64,000 bases of DNA. Origin: Bacteroidota bacterium. Its GTDB lineage: Bacteria; Bacteroidota; Bacteroidia; Bacteroidales; VadinHA17. Under the pieces are notes generated by a model. That model saw nothing but the letters and a program-made list of their open reading frames with translations. It ran no database searches and was not told where the DNA came from. Below are positions 8,913 through 18,158 of the stretch, piece after piece (positions within the stretch are counted from its first letter, which is position 1; each line of letters begins with the position of its first letter). The DNA lies in assembly GCA_003250475.1 (NCBI GenBank), contig QKGI01000136.1:19188-83187 (forward strand), in the 5' to 3' direction. Both the position numbers and the translations under genes were made by a program.

Positions 8913-10328
8913 CTATTCTGCCAATATATCGGAATAGGACTTACCGTACTCTTCTCCATACATGCTTTTGTAGTCTTTGACATAATTTGTGTAGATCTGC
9001 TTTGACAGGTATGGCTTTCCGAGGATGGTATAATATCTGCATTTGAGAGAAAGGGCAAGATCATTCAGAGGATCAACTGTGAACAGTGCGTCTGCAATGG
9101 CATTGGTCAGCCCGGGATTTCTTTCCCAGTCCATATGACCGGAGAAATCAGTAAGAAGGGTAATAACATAATCGGCTATACCTGCTTTGACATCATCAAG
9201 CCACAGGTAGTCACATTCAGGAAGGAATGCCCCCTTTTTGACAAGGGTTACAAGACTCTCTATATCCTCCACTCTGATGATCTTTTTCCCTATCGTCTCC
9301 CTGAAGTCAAGATAATCAACATATATATCTGTAAATTCAATCAACCACTTACCCTTCTCATGTGACAACTGGTACCCACCGACTGTTTCCAGCAACTGCC
9401 TTAATTTGGCGAGGTACACTGACCTGTTGTTCCTGGCACTTTCCTCGCTTTTATCGAACCAGAGGAGCTCCTTTAGCGATGCCGAAGAGATTCCCTCATC
9501 CGGCTGCCTGCAGATAAGTAATATAAAAAGCTCCTTCAGAATTGGTGAGAAGCCGGAGGAGATCTCCTCACCATTCCTGTTATATACCTCAAAGCCTCCA
9601 AACAGATGAACCGAGCTGGTTTTGGACGGCAATTTTTCAGTTATTGTGACATTGCTTATTGTTACCTGTTCGGGGTTCTGGATCCCTTTCCTTTTCAGAT
9701 ACCTGTTTCTCAGGTGCATTATCAGGAAGAACCCGATGTCAGCAACCACAAGCAGGATTAGCAGCAGTATCTCGGTATACAGTTTTCTGTCGCCTGACAT
9801 GTCGGAGACTTCAGGAGAGGTGACCCTGACAAACCTGTGGCTTTCCGGGGGACCGGATAAAGAAACTCCCGGCATGAAAGTGACCTGATATTTCCTTCCT
9901 TGTTGAAGCTTCATTTTAAACTGTGTGATAATTGTATCTGCAATGGTAAAAGCAAAGTTTCCCGCAGGAGCACTTATCTCCGCGCTTACAGGCATTATAA
10001 CTTTCAATGCAGTCCTATTCCCCGGTGATTTTCTGAGGACGGTGTCTTCTGTGATAAAGAAAAATGAATATCCTGTAATGGTATCATGGTCGGCCACTAT
10101 GGTCAGGACAACCTTCCGGCCTTCTTTTATGCTCAGAACCAGCTCTGAAAAGTTTACTGCGCTGTCAGGAAGAGTTATCCCGCATGATGCAATTATCTTG
10201 TCTCTGAGAATAAATGCATCATTTTCAGAAAATGGGGCAGGCTCCTCGTAATCTCCTATACAACCGAAAAGGCCAACGGTCATTAATGCATACCAAATAA
10301 ACTTAAACAGCCTCATTATAAACAACAT
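8913..10328 (-). CDS. membrane-anchored transcriptional regulator with cytoplasmic winged-helix + BTAD (SARP-like) module
   Basis: N-terminal signal/lipobox LFGC and an extracytoplasmic region of about 160 aa. One TM helix at about aa 184-206 (EILLLILLVVADIGFFLIMHL) is followed by RNRYLKRKG. Next comes VHLFGGFEVYNRNGEEI...LKELLWFDKSEESARNNRSVYLAKLRQLL (an OmpR/SARP-type wHTH) and a C-terminal helical BTAD-like region. The alternative start MRLFKF lies 12 nt downstream. Confidence 0.6.
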   Translation of the reverse strand: MLFIMRLFKFIWYALMTVGLFGCIGDYEEPAPFSENDAFILRDKIIASCGITLPDSAVNFSELVLSIKEGRKVVLTIVADHDTITGYSFFFITEDTVLRKSPGNRTALKVIMPVSAEISAPAGNFAFTIADTIITQFKMKLQQGRKYQVTFMPGVSLSGPPESHRFVRVTSPEVSDMSGDRKLYTEILLLILLVVADIGFFLIMHLRNRYLKRKGIQNPEQVTISNVTITEKLPSKTSSVHLFGGFEVYNRNGEEISSGFSPILKELFILLICRQPDEGISSASLKELLWFDKSEESARNNRSVYLAKLRQLLETVGGYQLSHEKGKWLIEFTDIYVDYLDFRETIGKKIIRVEDIESLVTLVKKGAFLPECDYLWLDDVKAGIADYVITLLTDFSGHMDWERNPGLTNAIADALFTVDPLNDLALSLKCRYYTILGKPYLSKQIYTNYVKDYKSMYGEEYGKSYSDILAE

Positions 10329-10449
10329 AAACGACGGAAAAAATTTTCCTGTTAAATTTAATAAAAATGCCTGTTAATAAAATATTAATTGATTTATTAA
10401 TCTGTTTGTTTGCCGGTCCCGGGTAATTTTATATCAAAATCGACATCAG

Positions 10450-11832
10450 ATGACTTTGATCGGAGGGTTGATAGCAATTCATTTTGTTCTTCTTACTGCA
10501 TTCCTGCTGTACAGGAGGTACAATCCTTCGTTTACTCTCCTGATCATGGGAATGCTGATGTATTTTATCTCACACTGGCTGGGGCTTGCCGGTCCTTCAC
10601 AGGGGCATTCTGAAACAACCGGGTTCCTCCTGTTTGACTTCTTTAAGTTTCTGATTGATTCATTTATAACCAGGTTTGGCAGTACAGGTCTTCTGATTAT
10701 GCTTATCGGGGGATATGTAGAGTTCATGAAGAGAATCAAGGCAAACGATGCCCTTATATATGTGACGATGCAGCCATTGTCCATACTGAAACAGTATCCC
10801 TATATGGCAGCTGTCATGATCATTCCCATAGGTCAGATTATTTTTATTGCCACTCCTTCGGCAGTGGCACTCGGGCTGCTGCTGATAACAACAGTATACC
10901 CTGTTCTGATAGGACTCGGAGTGAACAGGCTGACAGCAGTGTCTGTAATAGCAGCGTGCACTGTTTTTGATATGGGCCCGACCTCTTCAAATGCTGCAAT
11001 GGCCACGGAACTGTTGCAGTCAGACAGTATTTTTTATTTCACACGTCAGCTGAGAGTAGCTCTGCCTCTGACAGTGGTGATGATGGCACTCTTCATGATA
11101 TCCAATAAGTATTTTGATAAGAAGGATCTCTCTGTCCCGGGGAAAATGCCAAGGCCCATTAATATAGAGGAGCTGATTAAGACAACGCCACTCTATTATG
11201 CAATTTTCCCGGCTCTGCCGCTAATATTTACAGTCCTGTTTGCCCCGTCTATCAACATCTTCAATTTAGGAGTCACCTTGGATATTGCTCCATTGATAAT
11301 ACTGTCAATGTTCATTGCAGTCATTGCTGAGCTGATAAGACGCAAGTCCGTGAAAGACACATTTGCTGCTATTAATCCTTTCTGGTCAGGTGCAGGCAGG
11401 ATATTTGCATCGGTGATAGTCCTGATAGTATGTGCTGAGATTTTTGCTACCGGACTGATAAACCTTGGACTTATAGATTCAATGGCTGCGGCTATTCAGG
11501 CTCTGGGTCTTAACTCCATATTTGTCATAATACTCCTCACTCTCCTTTCATTTTCTGCTGCGGTTATCAGCGGAAGCGGCGTGGCGGTCTTTACTACCAT
11601 CGGCAAGTTCATACCTGACCTTGCCCTTAAATTCGGTATCCCGGCGATTGCCCTCATGATCCCCGTGCAGCTTGCTACAGGGCTTGGAAGGGCAGCCTCA
11701 CCCATAGCAATAGTGATTATTGCAATCTCCGAGATCGCAGGAGTATCCCCGTTCGATGTTGCTAAAAGGAATGCAGGGCCACTATTGATAATTGCATTCC
11801 TCCTTGTTGCCCTCTCTTCTGTTTTATTCTGA
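10450..11832 (+). CDS. DcuC-family (C4-dicarboxylate anaerobic carrier-like) transporter, copy 1
   Basis: 460-aa polytopic protein, colinear with E. coli DcuC as I recall it. Conserved blocks include GSGVAVFTT (DcuC GSGNAPFYA) and GVSPFDVAKRNAGP (DcuC ISPFEVVKRTSVP). Confidence 0.8.
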   Translation: MTLIGGLIAIHFVLLTAFLLYRRYNPSFTLLIMGMLMYFISHWLGLAGPSQGHSETTGFLLFDFFKFLIDSFITRFGSTGLLIMLIGGYVEFMKRIKANDALIYVTMQPLSILKQYPYMAAVMIIPIGQIIFIATPSAVALGLLLITTVYPVLIGLGVNRLTAVSVIAACTVFDMGPTSSNAAMATELLQSDSIFYFTRQLRVALPLTVVMMALFMISNKYFDKKDLSVPGKMPRPINIEELIKTTPLYYAIFPALPLIFTVLFAPSINIFNLGVTLDIAPLIILSMFIAVIAELIRRKSVKDTFAAINPFWSGAGRIFASVIVLIVCAEIFATGLINLGLIDSMAAAIQALGLNSIFVIILLTLLSFSAAVISGSGVAVFTTIGKFIPDLALKFGIPAIALMIPVQLATGLGRAASPIAIVIIAISEIAGVSPFDVAKRNAGPLLIIAFLLVALSSVLF

Positions 11833-11858
11833 GAAATAATGGTTAATCAAAACATATA

Positions 11859-13397
11859 ATGACTAAATACTACCTGTTTACAATAATTTTCCTGCTCTCT
11901 TCAGGGCTTCTGGAAGGACAGCAGTCAGCCCTTATTACATCGAAATATTTCCCTGACCCTCCTGTTGAATTCGGCACACCGACCCTCTCCATAAAGGAAA
12001 ACCGGTTTGCAACATACGAGGAGATAATGACATGGATTGACAGGAATATTTCCCATGAGCGGAATGCAAGTGTCAGGATAATCGGGACGACACCAGGCGG
12101 GAGGGAAATTCCTGTAATTTATCTCTCCAACGGGAGTGCGGGACCCAAGATAAGGGTATGGATGCAGGGTTTGCTGCACGGCAATGAGCCCGCCGGGGGA
12201 GAAGCTTTATTATTTCTCGCCAGGGAGATCCTCACCGGTGAGACTGGTAAAAACTACCTTGACAATATGGACATTGCCATTCTGCCGGTAGCCAATTTTG
12301 ACGGGTATCTGGCCATGGACAGGAGATCGGCAGCCGGTTTTGACCTGAACAGGGACCAGACCAAGTTTGCCGATCCGGTAAGCAAAATCATAAAAAAAGC
12401 CTTCATCGACTGGAACGCAGACATCGCATTTGACTTTCATGAATTTCAACCCACAAGACGTGAATATTCAACGGTTGGAAACAAGGGCGCTTCAATCTCT
12501 TACGATGTCCTTTTTCTTCTTTCCGGATATATGAATATACCGTCAGGACTGCGCAGGGCATCGGGAGAGATATTTCAGAAAGAGGCAGAACAGGTTTTGG
12601 ACGCTCACGGGTACACTCATAATTTTTACTTTACAACCGATGTGTCGGGTGATGAAATTGTCCTTAACAAAGGAGCACAGAGTCCTCATTCGAGTTCAAC
12701 CTCTTATGCCCTGGCAAATGCCGTCTCCATGCTTGTAGAGACAAGAGGTATTGGCCTGGGAAGAACATCTTTCAAGCGGAGAACTTACAGTGTTTACCTG
12801 GTAGCTGACAGCTTTCTTAAGAGTGCTTTGAAGCATAAGGAGGAGCTACTTGAGACAATAGCAGAGGCAAGAGCGGAGACCATCTCCGGAGGAGGTGATG
12901 TTACTGTAATCAATGAGCCGGCAGTGTGTCAATCTTCTGTGAATTTCATTGATATCGAAACAGGAGATCTTATCACCCTTAATCTGAAGACGAAGGATGC
13001 GGAGAACATGTCCCCGGAGCTTGTCAGGCCAAGGCCTTATGCCTATGTCCTCGAACCGGGATGTGCCAGGGAAGCTGAAATACTTGCTTTGCTGGGGCTG
13101 AGGGTGGAAGAGCTCAGGCACAAAAAGAAACTCAGGGCAGAAAGCTATGTTATCACGGATTATCAGGAGTCTTCAACGGAATGGGAAGGAATACGGCAGG
13201 CATCAGTTACCGCTGAAACATATTCCGGATCCAGGGTCTTTCCGAAGGGATCATTCTATATAGACCTCCGTCAGAAGAATGCCAATTATGCGGTATCCCT
13301 TCTGGAACCGGAAGCTGTCAATGGCTTTGTCGCTTACAGGGTCTCTCTGACCTCAATGGGAGATACACTTAAGATTCACAGGATTACCAGAAAATAA
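11859..13397 (+). CDS. secreted M14 family zinc carboxypeptidase
   Basis: Signal peptide. Zinc ligands sit in LLHGNEPAG (HxxE) and a later FDFHEF His, in the typical M14 arrangement. Confidence 0.8.
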   Translation: MTKYYLFTIIFLLSSGLLEGQQSALITSKYFPDPPVEFGTPTLSIKENRFATYEEIMTWIDRNISHERNASVRIIGTTPGGREIPVIYLSNGSAGPKIRVWMQGLLHGNEPAGGEALLFLAREILTGETGKNYLDNMDIAILPVANFDGYLAMDRRSAAGFDLNRDQTKFADPVSKIIKKAFIDWNADIAFDFHEFQPTRREYSTVGNKGASISYDVLFLLSGYMNIPSGLRRASGEIFQKEAEQVLDAHGYTHNFYFTTDVSGDEIVLNKGAQSPHSSSTSYALANAVSMLVETRGIGLGRTSFKRRTYSVYLVADSFLKSALKHKEELLETIAEARAETISGGGDVTVINEPAVCQSSVNFIDIETGDLITLNLKTKDAENMSPELVRPRPYAYVLEPGCAREAEILALLGLRVEELRHKKKLRAESYVITDYQESSTEWEGIRQASVTAETYSGSRVFPKGSFYIDLRQKNANYAVSLLEPEAVNGFVAYRVSLTSMGDTLKIHRITRK

Positions 13398-13427
13398 CCA
13401 TAATAAATTAACCCAAAACAAAAAAAA

Positions 13428-16352
13428 ATGAAGAAAACTATCGTACTGCTTTTTTTACTTTTCTCCGGTCTGATGGCAAGCGCCCAGGTCAGGGGGAAAG
13501 TTACCGATGGCGACAGGAATGAGCCATTTGCAGGTGTTACCGTACAGGTCAGGGGAACACAGCGAGGTACCTTTACAGATGCTTCGGGAATGTTTTCCAT
13601 CAATGCAGACCAGGGAGAGGTTCTCTCTTTTTCCTTTATAGGTTATAAACCTGTTGAGCATCAGATTACGGGAACCGGTACTATAAATATTGTTCTCTAC
13701 CCTGACGAGACACAGCTTGACGAGGTAGTTGTAGTGGGATATGGTGTTCAGAAGAAGAGTGATGTGACAGGCTCGGTAGCCTCTGTCAGTCCTGAAACAC
13801 TGGAAAGCCGTCCTAATGCCAACCTTATTCAGTCGCTTCAGGGTTCGGTTGCCGGTTTAAGTATAAGCATTACCGGCTCGAATGCAGAGGGATCGGCAAC
13901 AACAACACGTATCAGGGGCAGCAGGTCCATCACTGCTTCAAATGCTCCACTGGTAATCCTTGACGGTGTTCCGTATTCCGGGAACTGGTCGGAAATTAAC
14001 CCGAATGACATTGAGTCAATGGAGATACTTAAGGATGCTTCCTCTTCTGCTATCTATGGGGCAAGAGGTGCCAACGGGGTTATTCTCATCCAGACAAAGA
14101 AGGGAAAAGACGGCGAGAAGGTCCTGGTATCCTACGATGCCAGCATCACCTCCTCGACGGCAATCAATATTCCGAAGATGATGGATGGTCCTACTTTCGG
14201 GGCATATAAGCTTGAAGCAGGCCTTGTTCATACCTATACCGAGGCAGAGATGTATGCCCAGAATGAAACAACTGACTGGATAGGCCTGGCACTCAGGACA
14301 GGGTTTAACCAACAGCACAACCTTTCATTAAGAGGTTCAGGCAACAATTCGAGGTATTTCATTTCCGGCAACTATACGTCGAACAAGGGAATTGCCAAAA
14401 ACGACGATTTTAGTCGTATCACACTGAGAATCAACTTTGACCAGACAGTGAACAAATACATCACCATCGGCACAAGCACCCAGTATGGCTTCTATGACAG
14501 GAGTGGCAATGCAGCAGATTTCGACGACGCATTTACGATGAACCCCCTTGGTAAGGCCTATACCGAATCAGGTGAGCTCCGCCTTTCCACCTGGGAGGAT
14601 GCCAGCTATGACAGAAACCCGCTTAGCTCACTGAATGATGTCAACGTAAATCACAAGAATGTCCTGGTTTCCAACAATTACCTGAATGTTAATCTCCCCA
14701 TCGAAGGATTATCGTACAAACTGAACACAGGTTACACATACCAGACCCAGGCCGAGCAGAACTATCAGGGACTCAATACTTATGAGGGTCTTCAGAGCAA
14801 CGGTGTCCTGGAGATATCCAATAATTACCAGGTAGACTGGCTGGTTGAAAATATTGTCTCCTATACAAGACTTTTCGGGAAACATAATATTTTCCTGACG
14901 GGTCTATATTCTGCACAGGGTTACAAACAGGAATCGAATGGCATTGAAGCAACCGGTTTCCCGAGTGACGTAATGACATTCTATCAGCCAGACAAGGCAA
15001 GCGTTATGTATCCGAATGCGTCTCAGGACAAATCAAACCACATCTCCCAGATGTTAAGGGCAAACTATAGTTATGACAGCAGATACCTGTTCACAGCAAC
15101 AGTTAGACGGGATGGATTTTCAGCATTCGGTGCCGACAGGAAATATGGTATTTTCCCTTCCCTGGCTCTCGGATGGAACATAACCAATGAATCCTTCCTC
15201 AAAGATTCTCAGTTCAGCGACGTCGTAAACAACCTTAAGTTCAGGGTGTCATGGGGCAAGAACGGGAACGAGGCTATCTCTCCCTATTCAAGTCTTCCAA
15301 ACCTGCGCAGCCTTGACTATCTGTCAAGTGACCATAGTCCGCTGTTCGGGTTCTATCCCTCAAGACTTGCTTCGGCACTACTGGGATGGGAGACCACCAC
15401 ATCGACCAACTTCGGTTTCGATTTTGGTATCCTGGATGACAGAATTACAGGTTCGTTTGATTTCTATCTCTCAAACACATTCGATCTTTTGCTTTCGAGG
15501 TCAATACCACCGATTAACGGGGCCAGTGAAATACTTGAGAACATAGGGCAGACGAAAGGAAACGGGATTGATTTCCAGATCTCTTCGGTAAATATTGACA
15601 GGAACAAATTCAAATGGTCAACCAACCTCAGTTTCGTCCACAACAAGACAGTGCTTGTGGATGTGGGGTTGTATGACGAAAACGGTGATCCGATAGATGA
15701 CATTGCTTCAGAGTGGTTCATCGGTTATGATGTAAATGTCAACTACGACTACCTTTTCGGTGGAATATGGCAGGAAGGAGAATCAACCGAACCCGATGAG
15801 ATAGCAGGCTTTATAAAATACGTTGATGTCAACACAGACGGTGACATTACGCCTGAAGAAGACAAGCAGATAATCGGGAGCCGGACTCCACTGTTTACTG
15901 CCGGACTAAATAATACCTTTACCTACGGCAATGTTTCCCTGTCGGTCTTTATTAACGGATCTGTCGGCGAAACAAGACCTAACTACCTGCTCACACCTTC
16001 AACGATTTCTTACAGGCAGAATCAACTTGATAAGGTGTTCTGGACTTCTGAAAACCCCATCAATACATATCCGGCAAACATACCTGACGGATCGGTCAAC
16101 CTGAGAAGAATGTATTTCTACGAAAAGACCGACTTCCTCAGGGTACAGGACGTCAGCCTTTCTTACATGTTCGACAGGGGACTTATCGGGAAAGCAGGTT
16201 TATCAAGGCTTGAAGCCTATGTAAGTGTCAGGAACCTGTTAACTCTGACTAACTGGTCAGGTCTTGATCCGGAGTTTACCTCAACCGGGTCTGTACAGAG
16301 AGCAATTCCTCAGACCAGACAATTGACTTTCGGTATCAGAACCAGCTTCTAA
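13428..16352 (+). CDS. SusC/RagA-family TonB-dependent outer-membrane transporter
   Basis: Signal peptide and a CarboxypepD_reg N-domain (VRGKVTDGDRNEPFAGVTVQV). The plug region has LDEVVVVGYGVQKKSDVTGSV and ILKDASSSAIYGARGANGVILIQTKKG. The protein is 974 aa and ends in F. Confidence 0.93.
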   Translation: MKKTIVLLFLLFSGLMASAQVRGKVTDGDRNEPFAGVTVQVRGTQRGTFTDASGMFSINADQGEVLSFSFIGYKPVEHQITGTGTINIVLYPDETQLDEVVVVGYGVQKKSDVTGSVASVSPETLESRPNANLIQSLQGSVAGLSISITGSNAEGSATTTRIRGSRSITASNAPLVILDGVPYSGNWSEINPNDIESMEILKDASSSAIYGARGANGVILIQTKKGKDGEKVLVSYDASITSSTAINIPKMMDGPTFGAYKLEAGLVHTYTEAEMYAQNETTDWIGLALRTGFNQQHNLSLRGSGNNSRYFISGNYTSNKGIAKNDDFSRITLRINFDQTVNKYITIGTSTQYGFYDRSGNAADFDDAFTMNPLGKAYTESGELRLSTWEDASYDRNPLSSLNDVNVNHKNVLVSNNYLNVNLPIEGLSYKLNTGYTYQTQAEQNYQGLNTYEGLQSNGVLEISNNYQVDWLVENIVSYTRLFGKHNIFLTGLYSAQGYKQESNGIEATGFPSDVMTFYQPDKASVMYPNASQDKSNHISQMLRANYSYDSRYLFTATVRRDGFSAFGADRKYGIFPSLALGWNITNESFLKDSQFSDVVNNLKFRVSWGKNGNEAISPYSSLPNLRSLDYLSSDHSPLFGFYPSRLASALLGWETTTSTNFGFDFGILDDRITGSFDFYLSNTFDLLLSRSIPPINGASEILENIGQTKGNGIDFQISSVNIDRNKFKWSTNLSFVHNKTVLVDVGLYDENGDPIDDIASEWFIGYDVNVNYDYLFGGIWQEGESTEPDEIAGFIKYVDVNTDGDITPEEDKQIIGSRTPLFTAGLNNTFTYGNVSLSVFINGSVGETRPNYLLTPSTISYRQNQLDKVFWTSENPINTYPANIPDGSVNLRRMYFYEKTDFLRVQDVSLSYMFDRGLIGKAGLSRLEAYVSVRNLLTLTNWSGLDPEFTSTGSVQRAIPQTRQLTFGIRTSF

Positions 16353-16374
16353 TAATCTCTAAACAGAAATAAAG

Positions 16375-18153
16375 ATGAAAAAAATACTATACCTTATACT
16401 GATTTCTGTCCTGGCAATCTCTTCATGCAGTGAGGATTTCCTGACAGAGAAGCCTGTAGATGATATCTTTGCAGACAACCTCCTTGTTAGTTACAGCGGC
16501 TTCCAGAATATGCAGAATGCTATGTTCGCCCTGGTAAGAGATGAATATGACCGTGGTGACAGGTATTACGGAGGCACCTCTTTCGGCAGCATACCCTTTG
16601 CCAAGCATGTGCTGTTCAGTGCCGGTGCTGACAACTCCTGGGGAAACAACAGGCATACGAATTTCAGGCACCTGAGCTACCCAAAAAATATTACGGACAT
16701 GGAAGATGTTATACCATTCCAGGCACTGTTTGAGTGGCTGTATAAAGTGATCAACACCTCAAATATGATTATTTCCAGGGCTGAGAATCCTGATATTGAC
16801 TGGCAGGGCAGCTCAGATGCTGAAGACCTGGCAAACAAGAATACCACGCTTGCAAATGCGAGACTGGTAAGAGCCTGGGCTTACAGGCACCTTACGTATG
16901 CCTTTGGCCCTGTTCCCCTTTCTACTGAAGAGATAACAGGAAGCAACTACAGGACTGACTGGGAAAGAACACCTGTCGCCGACATCCGTGAGGTGATGGA
17001 GCAGGATTTACTCTTTGCCATTGATATGCTACCCATGAGAACAGCAAATAATACAGTGCCATCTGCAGCCGTGGCACGTCATTATCTGGGTGAACTGTAC
17101 CTGGCTATGGGCAGACCCGGGGATGCGAAGTCTGTTCTGCAGCCGCTCGTTGAGGGCACTGATTACACACTGATGACCGAACGGTTCGGGAAAAATGCCG
17201 CTAATCCGGGTCATGCATTCATTGATGTCTTCCGTTCACCTCTTTTCTCAGACGGCAACATGGAGGTACTATGGGCATTCCCGAACACTGAACCGGAAAA
17301 TGCAGCCACAGGTTACTCCCCGAATACCTTTATGAGGAACATGTGGAGGAATTATTACTCAAGTCTTTCAGATATCAGCAAATTAAACCACCCGGATTAT
17401 CCCGGACAGACAATAAAGCTTTTCTGGTCGCTCAACGGCGGTAAGGGAGCCGGCAGGCTGGCCATCTCCCTGGGGGCATTCAATCTGTATAAGTATAATG
17501 AACAGGATACCAGTGATGTGAGATACGATGAGAATTCACTTGTCTGGCATCTCTATTTCCTCAATACAGATAACCAGGAATACGAGGTGCTGAAGAACGG
17601 GATCAGTCTTATTAACCTGACGCCCAACGCTGCGATGAGTAACGACGCAGATCCCACCATCAAACAATACAACTGGCCGTCAACAAAAAAATGGGATTAT
17701 GTAAATCCTATTTTTGAGCAGTCTGACGCTGACAATGCTTATAATGACATAGTATACCTGCGACTGGCAGAGACCTATCTTCTATACGCAGAAGCCCTCT
17801 ACAAACTGGGTGAAGGCGGCGAGTTCTGGCTGAACAAGATCAGGGAGCGTGCCCAGGTTACACCTATTGACGGTTCTGAGATGAGCATAGATATGATACT
17901 GGATGAAAGAAGCCGTGAGCTCATCACCGAGGAGGAGAGGAGACACACCCTGATAAGGCTTAGCCAGGAAAATGGCGGAGATGAAAGACTTGCCAGTAAC
18001 ATATTTAAGACCAGGGTAAGAACATACAACGAGGTATCTGGGAGAGAAGTCAGAGGAATGTGGGATGACGAAACACCGGTGTTATTGCCGATACCCCAGG
18101 CTTTCATTAACTCAAATTCAGGCAGAGTAATTCAGCAGAATCCCGGCTACTAG
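16375..18153 (+). CDS. SusD/RagB-family outer-membrane lipoprotein
   Basis: Lipobox AISSCSEDF, LVRAWAYRHL, YLRLAETYLLYAEALY and ILDERSRELITEEERRHTLIR motifs. It lies directly downstream of SusC. Confidence 0.9.
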   Translation: MKKILYLILISVLAISSCSEDFLTEKPVDDIFADNLLVSYSGFQNMQNAMFALVRDEYDRGDRYYGGTSFGSIPFAKHVLFSAGADNSWGNNRHTNFRHLSYPKNITDMEDVIPFQALFEWLYKVINTSNMIISRAENPDIDWQGSSDAEDLANKNTTLANARLVRAWAYRHLTYAFGPVPLSTEEITGSNYRTDWERTPVADIREVMEQDLLFAIDMLPMRTANNTVPSAAVARHYLGELYLAMGRPGDAKSVLQPLVEGTDYTLMTERFGKNAANPGHAFIDVFRSPLFSDGNMEVLWAFPNTEPENAATGYSPNTFMRNMWRNYYSSLSDISKLNHPDYPGQTIKLFWSLNGGKGAGRLAISLGAFNLYKYNEQDTSDVRYDENSLVWHLYFLNTDNQEYEVLKNGISLINLTPNAAMSNDADPTIKQYNWPSTKKWDYVNPIFEQSDADNAYNDIVYLRLAETYLLYAEALYKLGEGGEFWLNKIRERAQVTPIDGSEMSIDMILDERSRELITEEERRHTLIRLSQENGGDERLASNIFKTRVRTYNEVSGREVRGMWDDETPVLLPIPQAFINSNSGRVIQQNPGY

Positions 18154-18158
18154 TTGAT

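Noticed and set aside
10374-10400. Inverted repeat TTAATAAA-(11 nt)-TTTATTAA as an operator
   Set aside because: It consists purely of A/T in a very AT-rich promoter region, so it is likely to arise by chance. I kept only the CCTGTTAA direct repeat as a low-confidence candidate.
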